64,000 nt of DNA from a virus (Duplodnaviria > Heunggongvirae > Uroviricota > Caudoviricetes), in the IMG/VR virus record IMGVR_UViG_3300025782_000009; one strand, written 5' to 3'. The notes below the pieces were generated by a model. The model saw nothing but the letters and a program-made list of their open reading frames with translations. It did no database searches and had not been told where the DNA came from. Below, piece after piece: positions 52,919 to 62,355 of the stretch (position 1 is the first letter of the stretch; every line of letters starts with the position of its first letter). A program made the translations under genes and the position numbers.

Positions 52919-53311
52919 TTAAGTAGTAGAAATTGTAACCGTGCCCACCTGATTTGTGGTAACTAAATTATTAGGAGTCAGTACAGAATCAAACTGACTT
53001 GCCCCGCCTATCGGGTTCCAGCCCCACTGAATATCCCTTGATCCACCGGACGGGAATCCTAAGATATCCAGTCCAGATGCAACATAACTTAAGTCCGGTC
53101 TTGGTTGGCGAACAGCTTGAGGATCATCAACTGGATACATACCCAATTGAAGCTGTGGCTGATCTGGATCCCAACATTCAGGACAAACCTTTAGCTGATA
53201 CAGCTTGGTCTTAATGACCTCCATCTTGAGTTGGCTAAGTTTGTACCGCTGACCGCATCTATCGCATTCAGCAATGGAAAATTTGCCAGAAGCGAACCTA
53301 TTGCCCATCAA
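52919..53311 (-). CDS. Zinc-ribbon protein (130 aa)
   Basis: CDRCGQ ... CPEC in the N-terminal half. Confidence 0.5.
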   Translation of the reverse strand: MMGNRFASGKFSIAECDRCGQRYKLSQLKMEVIKTKLYQLKVCPECWDPDQPQLQLGMYPVDDPQAVRQPRPDLSYVASGLDILGFPSGGSRDIQWGWNPIGGASQFDSVLTPNNLVTTNQVGTVTISTT

Positions 53312-54270
53312 TAAGCTCCGCCACCACCACCCAAGAATTGCTGTCTTGGCACAAACCGAATAGCCGCCTTCTCTCTATCCTCGCCAGCAGCAATATCAAA
53401 CTGCTCATCATATGCCTGTTTAAGCATTTGCACTCTGGGCATTAATTCTGGGACTTTCATTGAAATATGGTACGCCAGACCGGCAGCTACGGCTGGCAAG
53501 AACCTGAAGTTCATGTCTTGCACATTCGGCCCTGCTCCGGCATCCTGAACACGCCGCAGCCGCCAATAAGCAAAGGTATAAACTTGCGATGAATCTGGTG
53601 TTGGCCATACAGTTACTGCCGGTAGTTTAGGAACATATACCGCTGCACCCAGTGCATAAGACTGAGCCGTGGTGTTCGCTTGTGCTCTAAAGCAATTCTG
53701 TAAAGTGTTACCGGAAATGTATGAATAATAAATAATCTCGCCGCCTATAGAGCCAAGCTGGATATAGCCGTTTGCAGCCAATCCTACCGTGCTAGAAAGC
53801 GTTATTGTGGTAGCAGTGGATGATACTGCTGCTGCCACTTGAATCGTTGTTGTAGACGTTTCTCCAGACATTCTCTGAACCCAAACTTGAATAGGTCTAG
53901 CCTGGGTTAGTTTGTTTGGAATAGTCGCATAGGTAGAAACACTGATACGAGTAATTGTTAGGTCAGATTGATTAGAGGTGCTGTTGGCATTGGTGCGGAT
54001 TACATGATCCAACAAATCAATCGTATCAGTGGGCAATGGATAAGTATTTAAACCAGGTGTTAAGGTGATAACGCCCTGGTCAATAGTCCACATATTAATG
54101 CCACGGTTTTGCCATTCGATGGTCATCAGGTTCATTGACCTGCGAGCAGTACGCAAGTCATAACCGGAACGCATCTCCCTGCCAGCTCTTTCCCATGCTT
54201 CCTCTGCTATTTCGGCAAAGTCTAGGTCAAAGCTGGTTGTTCCAGTAGTGGTTCCGGTATTGATTGACAT
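53308..54270 (-). CDS. Virion structural protein (320 aa); tail tube or adaptor candidate
   Basis: ORF in the structural operon with ATGA coupling. Confidence 0.6.
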   Translation of the reverse strand: MSINTGTTTGTTSFDLDFAEIAEEAWERAGREMRSGYDLRTARRSMNLMTIEWQNRGINMWTIDQGVITLTPGLNTYPLPTDTIDLLDHVIRTNANSTSNQSDLTITRISVSTYATIPNKLTQARPIQVWVQRMSGETSTTTIQVAAAVSSTATTITLSSTVGLAANGYIQLGSIGGEIIYYSYISGNTLQNCFRAQANTTAQSYALGAAVYVPKLPAVTVWPTPDSSQVYTFAYWRLRRVQDAGAGPNVQDMNFRFLPAVAAGLAYHISMKVPELMPRVQMLKQAYDEQFDIAAGEDREKAAIRFVPRQQFLGGGGGAY

Positions 54271-54521
54271 TATGCGCTAGGAGCTTCTGGCTCTTGTGGA
54301 GCATCAACTAATACAGACTGCACAAAAGCATCTACAGTCTTTGCCGGAGCTTCTTGAGCCTCTTCTTGAACTGGAAGCGTAGCATTGAGTTGTGCATCCA
54401 AATCATTGATTACTCCTTGAAGATCAGGGTCGATACCGTTATAAGCAGCCATTTGATGCTCAGCTCTTTTGTTCAATTCATCAAGGATGAATAGCGCGTC
54501 TTCGTTGCTAATCTGAATCAT
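54270..54521 (-). CDS. Hypothetical acidic small protein (83 aa)
   Basis: ORF with ATGA coupling. Confidence 0.5.
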   Translation of the reverse strand: MIQISNEDALFILDELNKRAEHQMAAYNGIDPDLQGVINDLDAQLNATLPVQEEAQEAPAKTVDAFVQSVLVDAPQEPEAPSA

Positions 54522-55057
54522 TTCTTTTTCCTTGTTTTAGCGGATTTAATAAAGTCTGCCTTGGATGGAGCGCCTTTGGAGCCAGGCTTACGCATATGCT
54601 CGCCAGAACCTGCTGCTATCCTAGCTTGTTTTGCATGGATATTGGCATAAAGTCCAGGATGATTAGTTGCTCCGCCTTTTTTGTATGAAGTATCGCTTAG
54701 ATTTTTTACAGTATATCTTGAGCCGCCGTATTCGTTATCCAATCTATCAACAGCTTTATTGGCACTGCTTAAAGAATCGTATGCTTTGCCTCTTACCAAA
54801 CTATTGGCATGAGTATCCCAAACGCGGTATTGAGCCGGAGCAGAAGAAGTAGAAAAGCTACCCCCGCTTCCTCCGCTAGTACCTTCAAGTATTGGTGTAT
54901 TCTTGTCAGTAGGATTAGCCTTTCCACCAACGCCAAATTTCTTGATCTTTCCGCCCTTCTTAAACTGCTCAAAGTCAGTATCATCACGGCGTTTTTTAAT
55001 CTTTCCTTTTGGCATTTTGGAGGCGCTAATATCCCCCATACCGCGGCTTGCCATCAT
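54518..55057 (-). CDS. Basic Gly/Lys-rich protein (179 aa) with KGG motifs; likely an internal virion or DNA-associated protein
   Basis: KKGGKIKKFGVGGKA and YKKGGATNH are present, with a strongly basic C-terminus KSAKTRKKK. Confidence 0.55.
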   Translation of the reverse strand: MMASRGMGDISASKMPKGKIKKRRDDTDFEQFKKGGKIKKFGVGGKANPTDKNTPILEGTSGGSGGSFSTSSAPAQYRVWDTHANSLVRGKAYDSLSSANKAVDRLDNEYGGSRYTVKNLSDTSYKKGGATNHPGLYANIHAKQARIAAGSGEHMRKPGSKGAPSKADFIKSAKTRKKK

Positions 55058-55239
55058 TTGTGCATACCCCTTAAGGTTTCAGCTAAGCGAGCACGTTGCC
55101 CCAGTTTACCTGGAGCTTTTGCCGCTTTAGCTAGTTTCTTGGCTGGAATCTTTTTACCTTCAGGAACGCCAAGCTGCTCGCGCAATGCGCCAGCTTTTTT
55201 GATGGCGTGTTGGATCCACTTTTCAGCCATGATGACTCC

Positions 55240-55464
55240 TTAACAGGCTTTACCGCCGTGCTTCATGTGTTTCTGATGCTTGTGCAAATGCTCAATAGCT
55301 TCATGGTGTTTTACATGACCACCGGCTTTGTGCTCGCCGTAGTGGTGGTGATGATGAACGTGACCTCCGGCCTCGTGCTCTTTCATGTGATGAACCATGT
55401 GCTTGTGCTCATGCTCATGGGGAGCTTCGCCGTGTTCCATAATGGGAGCGTGATCGTGTTTCAT
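55240..55464 (-). CDS. Extremely His-rich small protein (74 aa, about 30 percent His)
   Basis: MKHDHAPIMEHGEAPHEHEHKHMVHHMKEHEAGGHVHHHHHYGEHKAGGHVKHHEAIEHLHKHQKHMKHGGKAC. Confidence 0.5.
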   Translation of the reverse strand: MKHDHAPIMEHGEAPHEHEHKHMVHHMKEHEAGGHVHHHHHYGEHKAGGHVKHHEAIEHLHKHQKHMKHGGKAC

Positions 55465-55473
55465 ATTTGATCC

Positions 55474-56184
55474 TTATTTCTTGTGATGAACTTTAGCTTT
55501 GCCGCCGTGCTTCATGCCAGTAGTTGTACCAGCCATCTTAGGCATCATTGCGCGGGTATGACCCTTTTGCTGAATGCCATGCTCGCCATGTGCGCGTTTT
55601 TTCTCGCCCTTTTCAATGCTAGACAAGCCTTTTTTCATGCCTCTTACATCTTCAGCAGCTTCTTTCTTGCCGCCAGATGCTTTTACTTCTACGGTGTCAT
55701 CAATGTGTCCACCTTTAGCATAGTGGTGTTTAGCCTTAGCTTTACCGCCATGCTTAAGAGCCTTTTCACCCATGTCTTTAGAATGGGGTTCTGCTTTTTC
55801 GCCGTGCATACTCATGTGATGCTCAGCCATCGCCAAATGGTGATGAGCTAAGTGCTTGTGGTGAGCCTTTGTTAGACCACCGTGAGCCATGCCAGGAGCG
55901 CCAGGAGGCATTGCACCAGGCATATTCATTGCAGGAGCGGCAGGAGCTGCCATAGCCCTTGGAGCCGCAGCTCTAGGACGGCGAGCCGCCATTAATGCAG
56001 CCATTGCTTGAGCCGCTTTAGGATTCATCGTTGCCATATCACCACCTCTTTTAAAATGTTTGCCTTTATCGGCTTCCGCAAAATCACGACCCACCGATTG
56101 TGGAACGTGCACCTTCTTTGCAAAAGCCTTATTATGGGCTATTGCTTCCATAAAATCATGCTGCTTTTTACTGCTGCTTGGCAT
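55474..56184 (-). CDS. His/Lys/Ala-rich protein (236 aa) with HGGKAK / KGG repeats
   Basis: MAHGGLTKAHHKHLAHHHLAMAEHHMSMHGEKAEPH, KHGGKAKAKHHYAKGGH and MKHGGKAKVHHKK. Confidence 0.6.
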   Translation of the reverse strand: MPSSSKKQHDFMEAIAHNKAFAKKVHVPQSVGRDFAEADKGKHFKRGGDMATMNPKAAQAMAALMAARRPRAAAPRAMAAPAAPAMNMPGAMPPGAPGMAHGGLTKAHHKHLAHHHLAMAEHHMSMHGEKAEPHSKDMGEKALKHGGKAKAKHHYAKGGHIDDTVEVKASGGKKEAAEDVRGMKKGLSSIEKGEKKRAHGEHGIQQKGHTRAMMPKMAGTTTGMKHGGKAKVHHKK

Positions 56185-56189
56185 TTCAA

Positions 56190-56429
56190 TCAGCCTTTTT
56201 GACGAATAAGGAGATCAATTTTTTCTTCAAGCCTGTTAAAGCGTTGATCAATGTGGTCTGTAATTCGATTAACTTCTGCATTGGTGACATATTCACGAGC
56301 AATCTCCTCTCTGGTTTTGTTTAACAGAATATCAAGTCTTTTGACTTCTGCAAACTTCTCTTTTAAAAAGAACCCAATTATCCCTATCAATAGAGATAAA
56401 ACGCCGTTCCAAACAACCATTGCGTCCAT
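56190..56429 (-). CDS. Small membrane protein (79 aa)
   Basis: N-terminal transmembrane segment VVWNGVLSLLIGIIGFFL, then a charged helix. Confidence 0.5.
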   Translation of the reverse strand: MDAMVVWNGVLSLLIGIIGFFLKEKFAEVKRLDILLNKTREEIAREYVTNAEVNRITDHIDQRFNRLEEKIDLLIRQKG

Positions 56430-56731
56430 TATAGATACCTGCCCTTTGTATGACCTTTTTTAGCAGTGCCGTCAGCGCGACTTGATGCGGAAGAGCGGAC
56501 TTTGCCGCCTTTTGCTAGCCTGTTGGTACGAGCAACTTCGCGAGTAAGCTCTGACATCTCTTCTTCAGATCGTCCTTTTGGGCCTGTTATAGCATCAACA
56601 GTTGCAGCAATGGGAAAGCCTAAGTTGGTTTTTATACCCTCTTTTTCCTTACCCAATTTTGATGTCATTGGATATGCTCTCTCAAACTCCATATCTTCGG
56701 CTATTTTTCTAGCAGGTGTTTTTTCGGCCAT
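56429..56731 (-). CDS. Small basic protein (100 aa) with a KGG motif
   Basis: ...RLAKGGKVRSSASSRADGTAKKGHTKGRYL. Confidence 0.5.
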   Translation of the reverse strand: MAEKTPARKIAEDMEFERAYPMTSKLGKEKEGIKTNLGFPIAATVDAITGPKGRSEEEMSELTREVARTNRLAKGGKVRSSASSRADGTAKKGHTKGRYL

Positions 56732-56740
56732 TTTTTGCTC

Positions 56741-56983
56741 CTAGCATTTCCACTTTCTTAAGCTCTTATTTACTCTGCTTTCCGGGTCGTTTGCTGTCTC
56801 TGATCCGGTCAATTTCTTCTTTAATCCTTCCATCCTGGCGCAAAAAGAATCTTTCCTTGAGCCACCCTCTGGCTGAGGAGGCTTCAGATTCATTCCTTGC
56901 TTCTTGGCGGATTCTCTCCCTTTGGAGTTCAGACCACCAGCCGGGTTTTTCCCCTCTTTGCGTTGCCAAGCTGGTGTCTTCAT
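56741..56983 (-). CDS. Small basic protein (80 aa). The alternative overlapping frame 56766..56999 cannot be excluded
   Basis: ATGA coupling to the upstream 271-aa gene favours this frame. Confidence 0.35.
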   Translation of the reverse strand: MKTPAWQRKEGKNPAGGLNSKGRESAKKQGMNLKPPQPEGGSRKDSFCARMEGLKKKLTGSETANDPESRVNKSLRKWKC

Positions 56984-57798
56984 CAGGTGTTTCCTGCATC
57001 AGCTGAGTTCTTAATCAACTTACCCGCAATAACCATACCGGCCGCAATTGTGGATGAGGTACTTGTTGTAAGTTGCCATTGAATATCCGTTTTCTCTGTA
57101 TATACAAAAGGAACGGTTGATCTGTTAATTGTGTAAATGGCTACAAATGGTTGTTGCAAAACATTTAATTGAACACCGGTTAAACTGTTATACGCCTGTA
57201 CGCTATAAGTAAGATACTCTGTACCCGCATATGTGTTTGAAGTATTTACTTCCGCAATATCCAAATAAAAAGTATACCCAGCCGGCACAGTAAAAACAGA
57301 CATCTGAGATTTACCAATTGCTGCGTTAATGTACGCATAGGCATTTCCAGATGAGCCAGTTGTAATGCCCGCATATGTGCTAGATGTTGTGGCGGTAATT
57401 TTGCCTACGTTATTCTTTTGACCAGATGCAGGAGAAACCAAAAACAAACTTTGAATTCTTAAGTATGTTTTGGTAGTTGTACCAGTTGGATTTGTTGCTC
57501 CAGTTATGGTAACTGTTTCGCTTATTTGATTAAAGTTTGCATCTAAACCATTTATTAATATAGTTGCGCCAGCATCAGAGGCGCTTGCACTATACAAATA
57601 AAATGTAGCAGCAGATGACAAATAATTTGGATATACAGTAGCTGATTCCCAGACGGGAATTGTTGTATTAGCAACTGCTGATTGATAGCCAAAAAGACTA
57701 ACAATACTGTGGCCATAAACTTGACCGCGAGCCACTTGCAAATCAAAAGGCTCTGTTTTCCCTTGACGGGTCATTGACGATAACACTGCATTTGCCAT
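56983..57798 (-). CDS. S/T/A-rich virion structural protein (271 aa)
   Basis: ORF two genes downstream of the major capsid gene. It is followed upstream by a UUCG-loop hairpin. Confidence 0.6.
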   Translation of the reverse strand: MANAVLSSMTRQGKTEPFDLQVARGQVYGHSIVSLFGYQSAVANTTIPVWESATVYPNYLSSAATFYLYSASASDAGATILINGLDANFNQISETVTITGATNPTGTTTKTYLRIQSLFLVSPASGQKNNVGKITATTSSTYAGITTGSSGNAYAYINAAIGKSQMSVFTVPAGYTFYLDIAEVNTSNTYAGTEYLTYSVQAYNSLTGVQLNVLQQPFVAIYTINRSTVPFVYTEKTDIQWQLTTSTSSTIAAGMVIAGKLIKNSADAGNT

Positions 57799-57824
57799 GA
57801 ATAATCTCCTTAAAGTTTAAAGAT

Positions 57825-57840
57825 AGGGGCCGAAGCCCCT
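57825..57840 (-). terminator. Stable GC hairpin with a UUCG tetraloop (AGGGGC-UUCG-GCCCCU on the transcript) between the 233-aa and 271-aa genes; attenuator or RNA-stability element
   Basis: Read directly: + strand aggggccgaagcccct. Confidence 0.3.
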
Positions 57841-57845
57841 AGAGA

Positions 57846-58547
57846 TTAGTCAAAGTTACCGTATGGGTAAGTTGTGCTATTACCAATGTTCATGTCATTT
57901 TGGTTGTAACGGATTGTTACTTCAATCTGACCTGATGTTGGAGTTGTCAAACTTGTGTTAGTAATCTTCAGTGTAACAACAACCTGGCTGAACCATGATG
58001 GCTGCTGACCAACCAATGGGTTCTGGAAGTCTTGCAATGTAGCATTGCTGTTTGTTAACTGTGATCCAACAAATGTTGCTGTTCCGCGAGTAGCAGAAGT
58101 AATCGCAGCCATCGTTGCATATACGCCTGTGCTTGTAGCAAAGTTGTTAGAAACATAAGGCTGGATAGAGTTAGCTGTTACGCTTCCGTCTGTAGGCAAT
58201 GTGCCAACGTCAACGATCACATCAGTGATGTTGCAAGAATAGGGTAGATAGAACACTACGCCACGATAAATTGTTCCAGATGTATCTGCTGTAGGAGCAG
58301 ATGCAGTAGTTGGGCCGCTATTGCTGAAAGCACCAGATTGTGGAGTGTAGATCGTAGCAATGCTATTGGGAATATTGTTTGAAGAAACAAATACTCCAGA
58401 ACCGCCGCCGTAGTTAGCTGTATTAGCAGCTGTTACGGAAAAATCTAAAAGAGCTGTTTGAACCAGGTCTGTGTAGCCAACGTCACGTTGTGGGCCAAAA
58501 CGGTTATCGCCAGATAGAATCGGGCCTTCAAAGGTACTGCGTCCCAT
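57846..58547 (-). CDS. S/T/N-rich virion structural protein (233 aa)
   Basis: ORF immediately downstream of the major capsid gene and its terminator. Confidence 0.6.
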   Translation of the reverse strand: MGRSTFEGPILSGDNRFGPQRDVGYTDLVQTALLDFSVTAANTANYGGGSGVFVSSNNIPNSIATIYTPQSGAFSNSGPTTASAPTADTSGTIYRGVVFYLPYSCNITDVIVDVGTLPTDGSVTANSIQPYVSNNFATSTGVYATMAAITSATRGTATFVGSQLTNSNATLQDFQNPLVGQQPSWFSQVVVTLKITNTSLTTPTSGQIEVTIRYNQNDMNIGNSTTYPYGNFD

Positions 58548-58664
58548 TATAAGTTTCCTTATGCAAAAGTTCTCTTGTTAATCGTTGCATCGTCTGCTGG
58601 GCCAGTGGCAACAAGAGTGAATTCCCAGATGCGTAGATAATACAACAAATACAATATTTGTCAA

Positions 58665-58697
58665 CAAAAAAGGGAGCCGAAGCCCCCTTTTTTTATC
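58665..58697 (-). terminator. Rho-independent, bidirectional-looking terminator after the major capsid gene
   Basis: aaaaaaGGGAGC-cgaa-GCCCCCttttttt: a 6-bp GC stem with a UUCG loop on the minus-strand transcript, flanked by an A-run and a T-run. Confidence 0.5.
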
Positions 58698-58707
58698 AAT
58701 CCGAAGA

Positions 58708-59610
58708 TCAATAAGTTCCGTAAATACCGAGAGGATCAGACCACCCGAATGAATAACGCTCACGGCTCTTATATCTAACGTTACCAGTATCGAAGTCACC
58801 ATCCATTGAATTTTGCAATGGGGTTCTTTCGAAGTGCTTCATACCGTTAGGTACATCGGTTAACAAGAACCAAGCATTAGGCGCTGTCAAGAAGTGATTG
58901 ATTGTGTATCCTTCTGGGATAGAACCATTGTTCTCGATAGCGTTAATGTCGTTGTTAGTTGTACCAACGCGCAGTTTAGTTTCGAGCAAACGGGTTGCAA
59001 CGAACTGTAGTGCTGGAGGAACAATCAACTTTCTTGGCTTAGCAGCGATCAAAAGTCCGCGCTCGTCTGTCCATGCAGCGATCTGAATAACGGCATTCTC
59101 AAGAGAAGTCTCGTTCAAATCGGCAGGAGTAGCTGGGCTGTTGGAGTTTGTACCACCGTTAACCAATGGGTGTGAGTTGCTGAACAAAGAAACGCCGTCA
59201 CCACCAACATAAGCAGAGTTGAAGCCGTTGTTTAATACGGCAGCAGCTTTAACTTGTTTGGTGTAAGCCATTGCGCGAGCAAGACCCTTGGTGTAGCGAG
59301 CAGACAAGCTGTCGTACAGGTTATCTTCAATCGCCTCTTCAGTGATTGAAAATCCAAGAGCAATAGTCTCGTGGTTATAGCGAGTTGTCCATGCCTCTTG
59401 TGCATTGTCATAAGCGATGGCAGAGCCTTCGTTTTTGACTGGTGCAGCAGAGAAACCGGATAACTTGGTCTCTTCTTCAAAGCTACGCTCAGATGTCTCT
59501 GTTTCGTAGATCTCTTTGTGCTCTTCGCCGTAGCGGGCGTACTCAAGTCCAAACAATGCGTTCAGTCCAGGGAGCAACTCTTTCAATAGTTGTGCGCGTG
59601 AAATAGCCAT
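58708..59610 (-). CDS. Major capsid protein (HK97 fold)
   Basis: 300 aa. The N-terminus MAISRAQLLKELLPGLNALFGLEYARY is characteristic of the gpT/E-like major head protein family. It lies after the scaffold genes and is followed by a strong terminator. Confidence 0.7.
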   Translation of the reverse strand: MAISRAQLLKELLPGLNALFGLEYARYGEEHKEIYETETSERSFEEETKLSGFSAAPVKNEGSAIAYDNAQEAWTTRYNHETIALGFSITEEAIEDNLYDSLSARYTKGLARAMAYTKQVKAAAVLNNGFNSAYVGGDGVSLFSNSHPLVNGGTNSNSPATPADLNETSLENAVIQIAAWTDERGLLIAAKPRKLIVPPALQFVATRLLETKLRVGTTNNDINAIENNGSIPEGYTINHFLTAPNAWFLLTDVPNGMKHFERTPLQNSMDGDFDTGNVRYKSRERYSFGWSDPLGIYGTY

Positions 59611-59622
59611 TTATGTTACTCC

Positions 59623-60489
59623 TTAAACTGTAACTGGGTAGTAGTAACCATGTGTGCCGAAGTTAAACTTAACGAGTAACTCTGGGTATTGGTTAAATAC
59701 TAAGGTTGAAGATGCGACCATTGCTGGGCTTGGTGCTGCGTTCACTGTTAGTGATGTTGCTCCAGCAGAAGCTGCTGCGGCAATAAAGCTACCAGATGAA
59801 ATGTACTGACCGTTAGCAGCAAGAGTTCCAAGATCAGTACCAACTGGCAATGCGTTTGGAATTGCAGCGCAGGTAATGGTCGTAGAAGAAATGCTGGTAT
59901 AGGTAGTAGTACCTAGTGACACAACAGTATCAGGAACAACGTTCAAGACACGCATTGGTACAGCAGCTGTAGTTGTCAATGATGTTGGAGATGTAACACC
60001 GATGTATGAATCACCTGTGTTAACGTTTCCTACACCAGCCGCCCATGAGCGGTTAATACCAACATCTTGACCAACTAAAGCAAAAGAACCAGAAGCAAGA
60101 GTTCCAGCAGATGCTAAAGCAACGACTTTGAAAACTTGATCAGGATCATCCGCAATAATAGCTTGTGCATCACCAGCTAAAGTGTTAGCGGGCCAGTATT
60201 GGCTGTACTGCTTTTGCTTGGTTGTTGGGTTTGTATAAGAACAGCCCAAGAAAATACCAACGATATTATCTGTAGGTGCGTCTGTACCCCATGTGCTTAC
60301 ACCAGTACTTGTGGTAATGGTAGATTGCACAACAAAGCCACGAACCAATTTAACGATATCGCCGTAGTACAAGTTTGTACCGTAGTTGTATTGGATAGGT
60401 AGGTTACGAGTAGAACCCGCAAATACCTGTCCACCGATCAGATTGACCGGCTTGAACCCGTATGGGGCCGAGACAGTTGGATATGCCAT
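59623..60489 (-). CDS. S/T/G-rich capsid-associated protein (288 aa); decoration or minor capsid candidate
   Basis: ORF between the scaffold genes and the major capsid gene. Confidence 0.55.
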   Translation of the reverse strand: MAYPTVSAPYGFKPVNLIGGQVFAGSTRNLPIQYNYGTNLYYGDIVKLVRGFVVQSTITTSTGVSTWGTDAPTDNIVGIFLGCSYTNPTTKQKQYSQYWPANTLAGDAQAIIADDPDQVFKVVALASAGTLASGSFALVGQDVGINRSWAAGVGNVNTGDSYIGVTSPTSLTTTAAVPMRVLNVVPDTVVSLGTTTYTSISSTTITCAAIPNALPVGTDLGTLAANGQYISSGSFIAAAASAGATSLTVNAAPSPAMVASSTLVFNQYPELLVKFNFGTHGYYYPVTV

Positions 60490-60505
60490 TTAAGGACTCC
60501 TAAAA

Positions 60506-60955
60506 TTAAGATTTACCGAATGTCACCTCGGAACGTCTGTCTTTAAACAGAGGCATCCTTGGATCACTATTACGCATGAAACTGTTATCTACTGATTCCA
60601 TCTGAGCCTGGTTCTGCTTAGCGTAGTAATCTGACGCTTGCTTAACAAACTCGGCTGGAATTCTGCATAACAACAGTCCACCTACTTCAATGCCACCTTT
60701 AAATCGACCGTCATTAACTTCGTGCATCATCAACTCAGGATACTCTTCCGCTTTGCAAGGCTCATAACCTTCGCGCAAACGCATAGAAATATTCTTAGGA
60801 TCAGCGCTTCCGACCATGCTAATGCGAATGTATCTGTGCTCCCATCCAGGACGGGCATCAGGCATTGGCAACTGCTCTGGAGGTCTCCAGGCATCCGGTC
60901 TTTGTGCTACTGCACGAGTTTCAACTTCTCTAGGTTTACGATTTTGTTCTGACAT
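60506..60955 (-). CDS. Hypothetical head-module protein (149 aa)
   Basis: ORF. Confidence 0.5.
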   Translation of the reverse strand: MSEQNRKPREVETRAVAQRPDAWRPPEQLPMPDARPGWEHRYIRISMVGSADPKNISMRLREGYEPCKAEEYPELMMHEVNDGRFKGGIEVGGLLLCRIPAEFVKQASDYYAKQNQAQMESVDNSFMRNSDPRMPLFKDRRSEVTFGKS

Positions 60956-60957
60956 GA

Positions 60958-61881
60958 TTAAGCTCCTGATCTTTGTTTAGCAACCTGACGGGCATAGTCC
61001 TCTAATGAGACACCAAGCCTTTTGGCGATGTTTACCTGACTTGTAGTAAGTACGATTTTTTTAGACGCTGTACTCCTAGACGCAGGTGCAACTACCGACT
61101 TCTTGGGTGGAGGAGATGCATCCACTTCAGTATCGCTTTCAAAAGCATCTGGGAACCTAGTACGCATTTCGGAATCAATTCTTCGGTAGTACTCTTCGCT
61201 CGATGGATTTAATCGCTCATCTTGCGTGAGTTCCTCGTGTATGGCAAGCGCATAACTGGTCATGCGCCGATTTTGCCCGAACCAAGGATTCTTATCTTTC
61301 CAGGCCTCCGCCTTTCGGTCTAGCTGCGCTGGTTGCGTTACCTGCGTTTGTACCTCATTTCTTTCCTCTTGTAAAGGGGCTGGCTTGAAATTATGTAACT
61401 CTCTTGCCTTAATTGTTACGGCAGTTAGTTCACTTTGTGCTTCAGCTAAAGCATCAGAATCACCCATTTCATAAGCAGCTTTGTACTTATTCTTGGCAGA
61501 TTGAAGCTCGTTTTCAACCACTTTTTTAGCTTGTTCCAGCAAAGCGGTTTGCCCTTGATTCAAGGAACCTTTGAGTTTTTTGTTCTCTTCCACTACGGTT
61601 TGAGCAAGCCTTAAAGCTTCTTCGCGCTCACGGTAGGCCGCTTCTTTTGCACGGCGTTCATCGTGATATCCCTTGGTGAAATGTTTAATCCGTTTCTTTA
61701 CGGAGTCGTTGTAGGTCTCCAACTCATCATCGGAAAACTCTTTGGGTGGTTCGTCAGCCGGCTTGCGACCGCGGTCTGGCTCAGGAGTATCGTCAACGAT
61801 CTCAAGCTCAGGCGTTTCTTCTACTTCAATCTTCTCTTCCACTTCGTCTGGGAATTTAAATTCTCTTTGTTCAGTTGCCAT
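60958..61881 (-). CDS. Scaffolding-like protein (307 aa), acidic and coiled-coil
   Basis: Highly charged helical composition (EEKIEVEETPELEIVDD ... LEQAKKVVENELQSAKNKYKAAYE). It sits between the portal and capsid genes. Confidence 0.55.
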   Translation of the reverse strand: MATEQREFKFPDEVEEKIEVEETPELEIVDDTPEPDRGRKPADEPPKEFSDDELETYNDSVKKRIKHFTKGYHDERRAKEAAYREREEALRLAQTVVEENKKLKGSLNQGQTALLEQAKKVVENELQSAKNKYKAAYEMGDSDALAEAQSELTAVTIKARELHNFKPAPLQEERNEVQTQVTQPAQLDRKAEAWKDKNPWFGQNRRMTSYALAIHEELTQDERLNPSSEEYYRRIDSEMRTRFPDAFESDTEVDASPPPKKSVVAPASRSTASKKIVLTTSQVNIAKRLGVSLEDYARQVAKQRSGA

Positions 61882-61890
61882 GTTGTTTCC

Positions 61891-62343
61891 TTATGCTGCT
61901 CGTTGAATGCCGCGGGGATCAAGCACAACGGCTTCGACCTGATCATCTTTGATCAAGCGGAATTCTTTGCCGTGGATTTTGATTCGAGTGCCAGAGTTGG
62001 GACGGACAATAACAAAGTCACCTTCCTTGCACGATGGCCCGGACGGGAATCTTGATTTGTCTTGATAGCAATCTGGGCCAAGCTTGATTACAAATAGCAC
62101 TGGGGTCAGCACCTCTTCGTAATTCATCGTTGTACCAGCTTTGATTAAACCGCTTTCGTACTCTTCATCTACTTCAGGCAGAACCGTCAGTATGTGAAAA
62201 GTTTGCGGCGTTGGAAGTTGCGTTGCCTTATCTTCGGCTTTCTTGTTAAGAATTCCAGATAAGTCTACAGCTTGAACATTGAAGTCCATAGTTCTCCTTC
62301 GCAGGGGGCTACAAAAAAGCTTACCGATGCACCCCCGCCACAT
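61891..62343 (-). CDS. GroES/gp31-like co-chaperonin candidate. The likely start is MDFNVQ at 62289
   Basis: GLIKAGTT...KEGDFVIVRPNSGTRIKIHGKEFRLIKDDQVEAVVLD parallels GroES GGIVLTGSAA...[36 protein letters not shown]. Confidence 0.45.
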   Translation of the reverse strand: MWRGCIGKLFCSPLRRRTMDFNVQAVDLSGILNKKAEDKATQLPTPQTFHILTVLPEVDEEYESGLIKAGTTMNYEEVLTPVLFVIKLGPDCYQDKSRFPSGPSCKEGDFVIVRPNSGTRIKIHGKEFRLIKDDQVEAVVLDPRGIQRAA

Positions 62344-62355
62344 CGGCTCGCCGGG

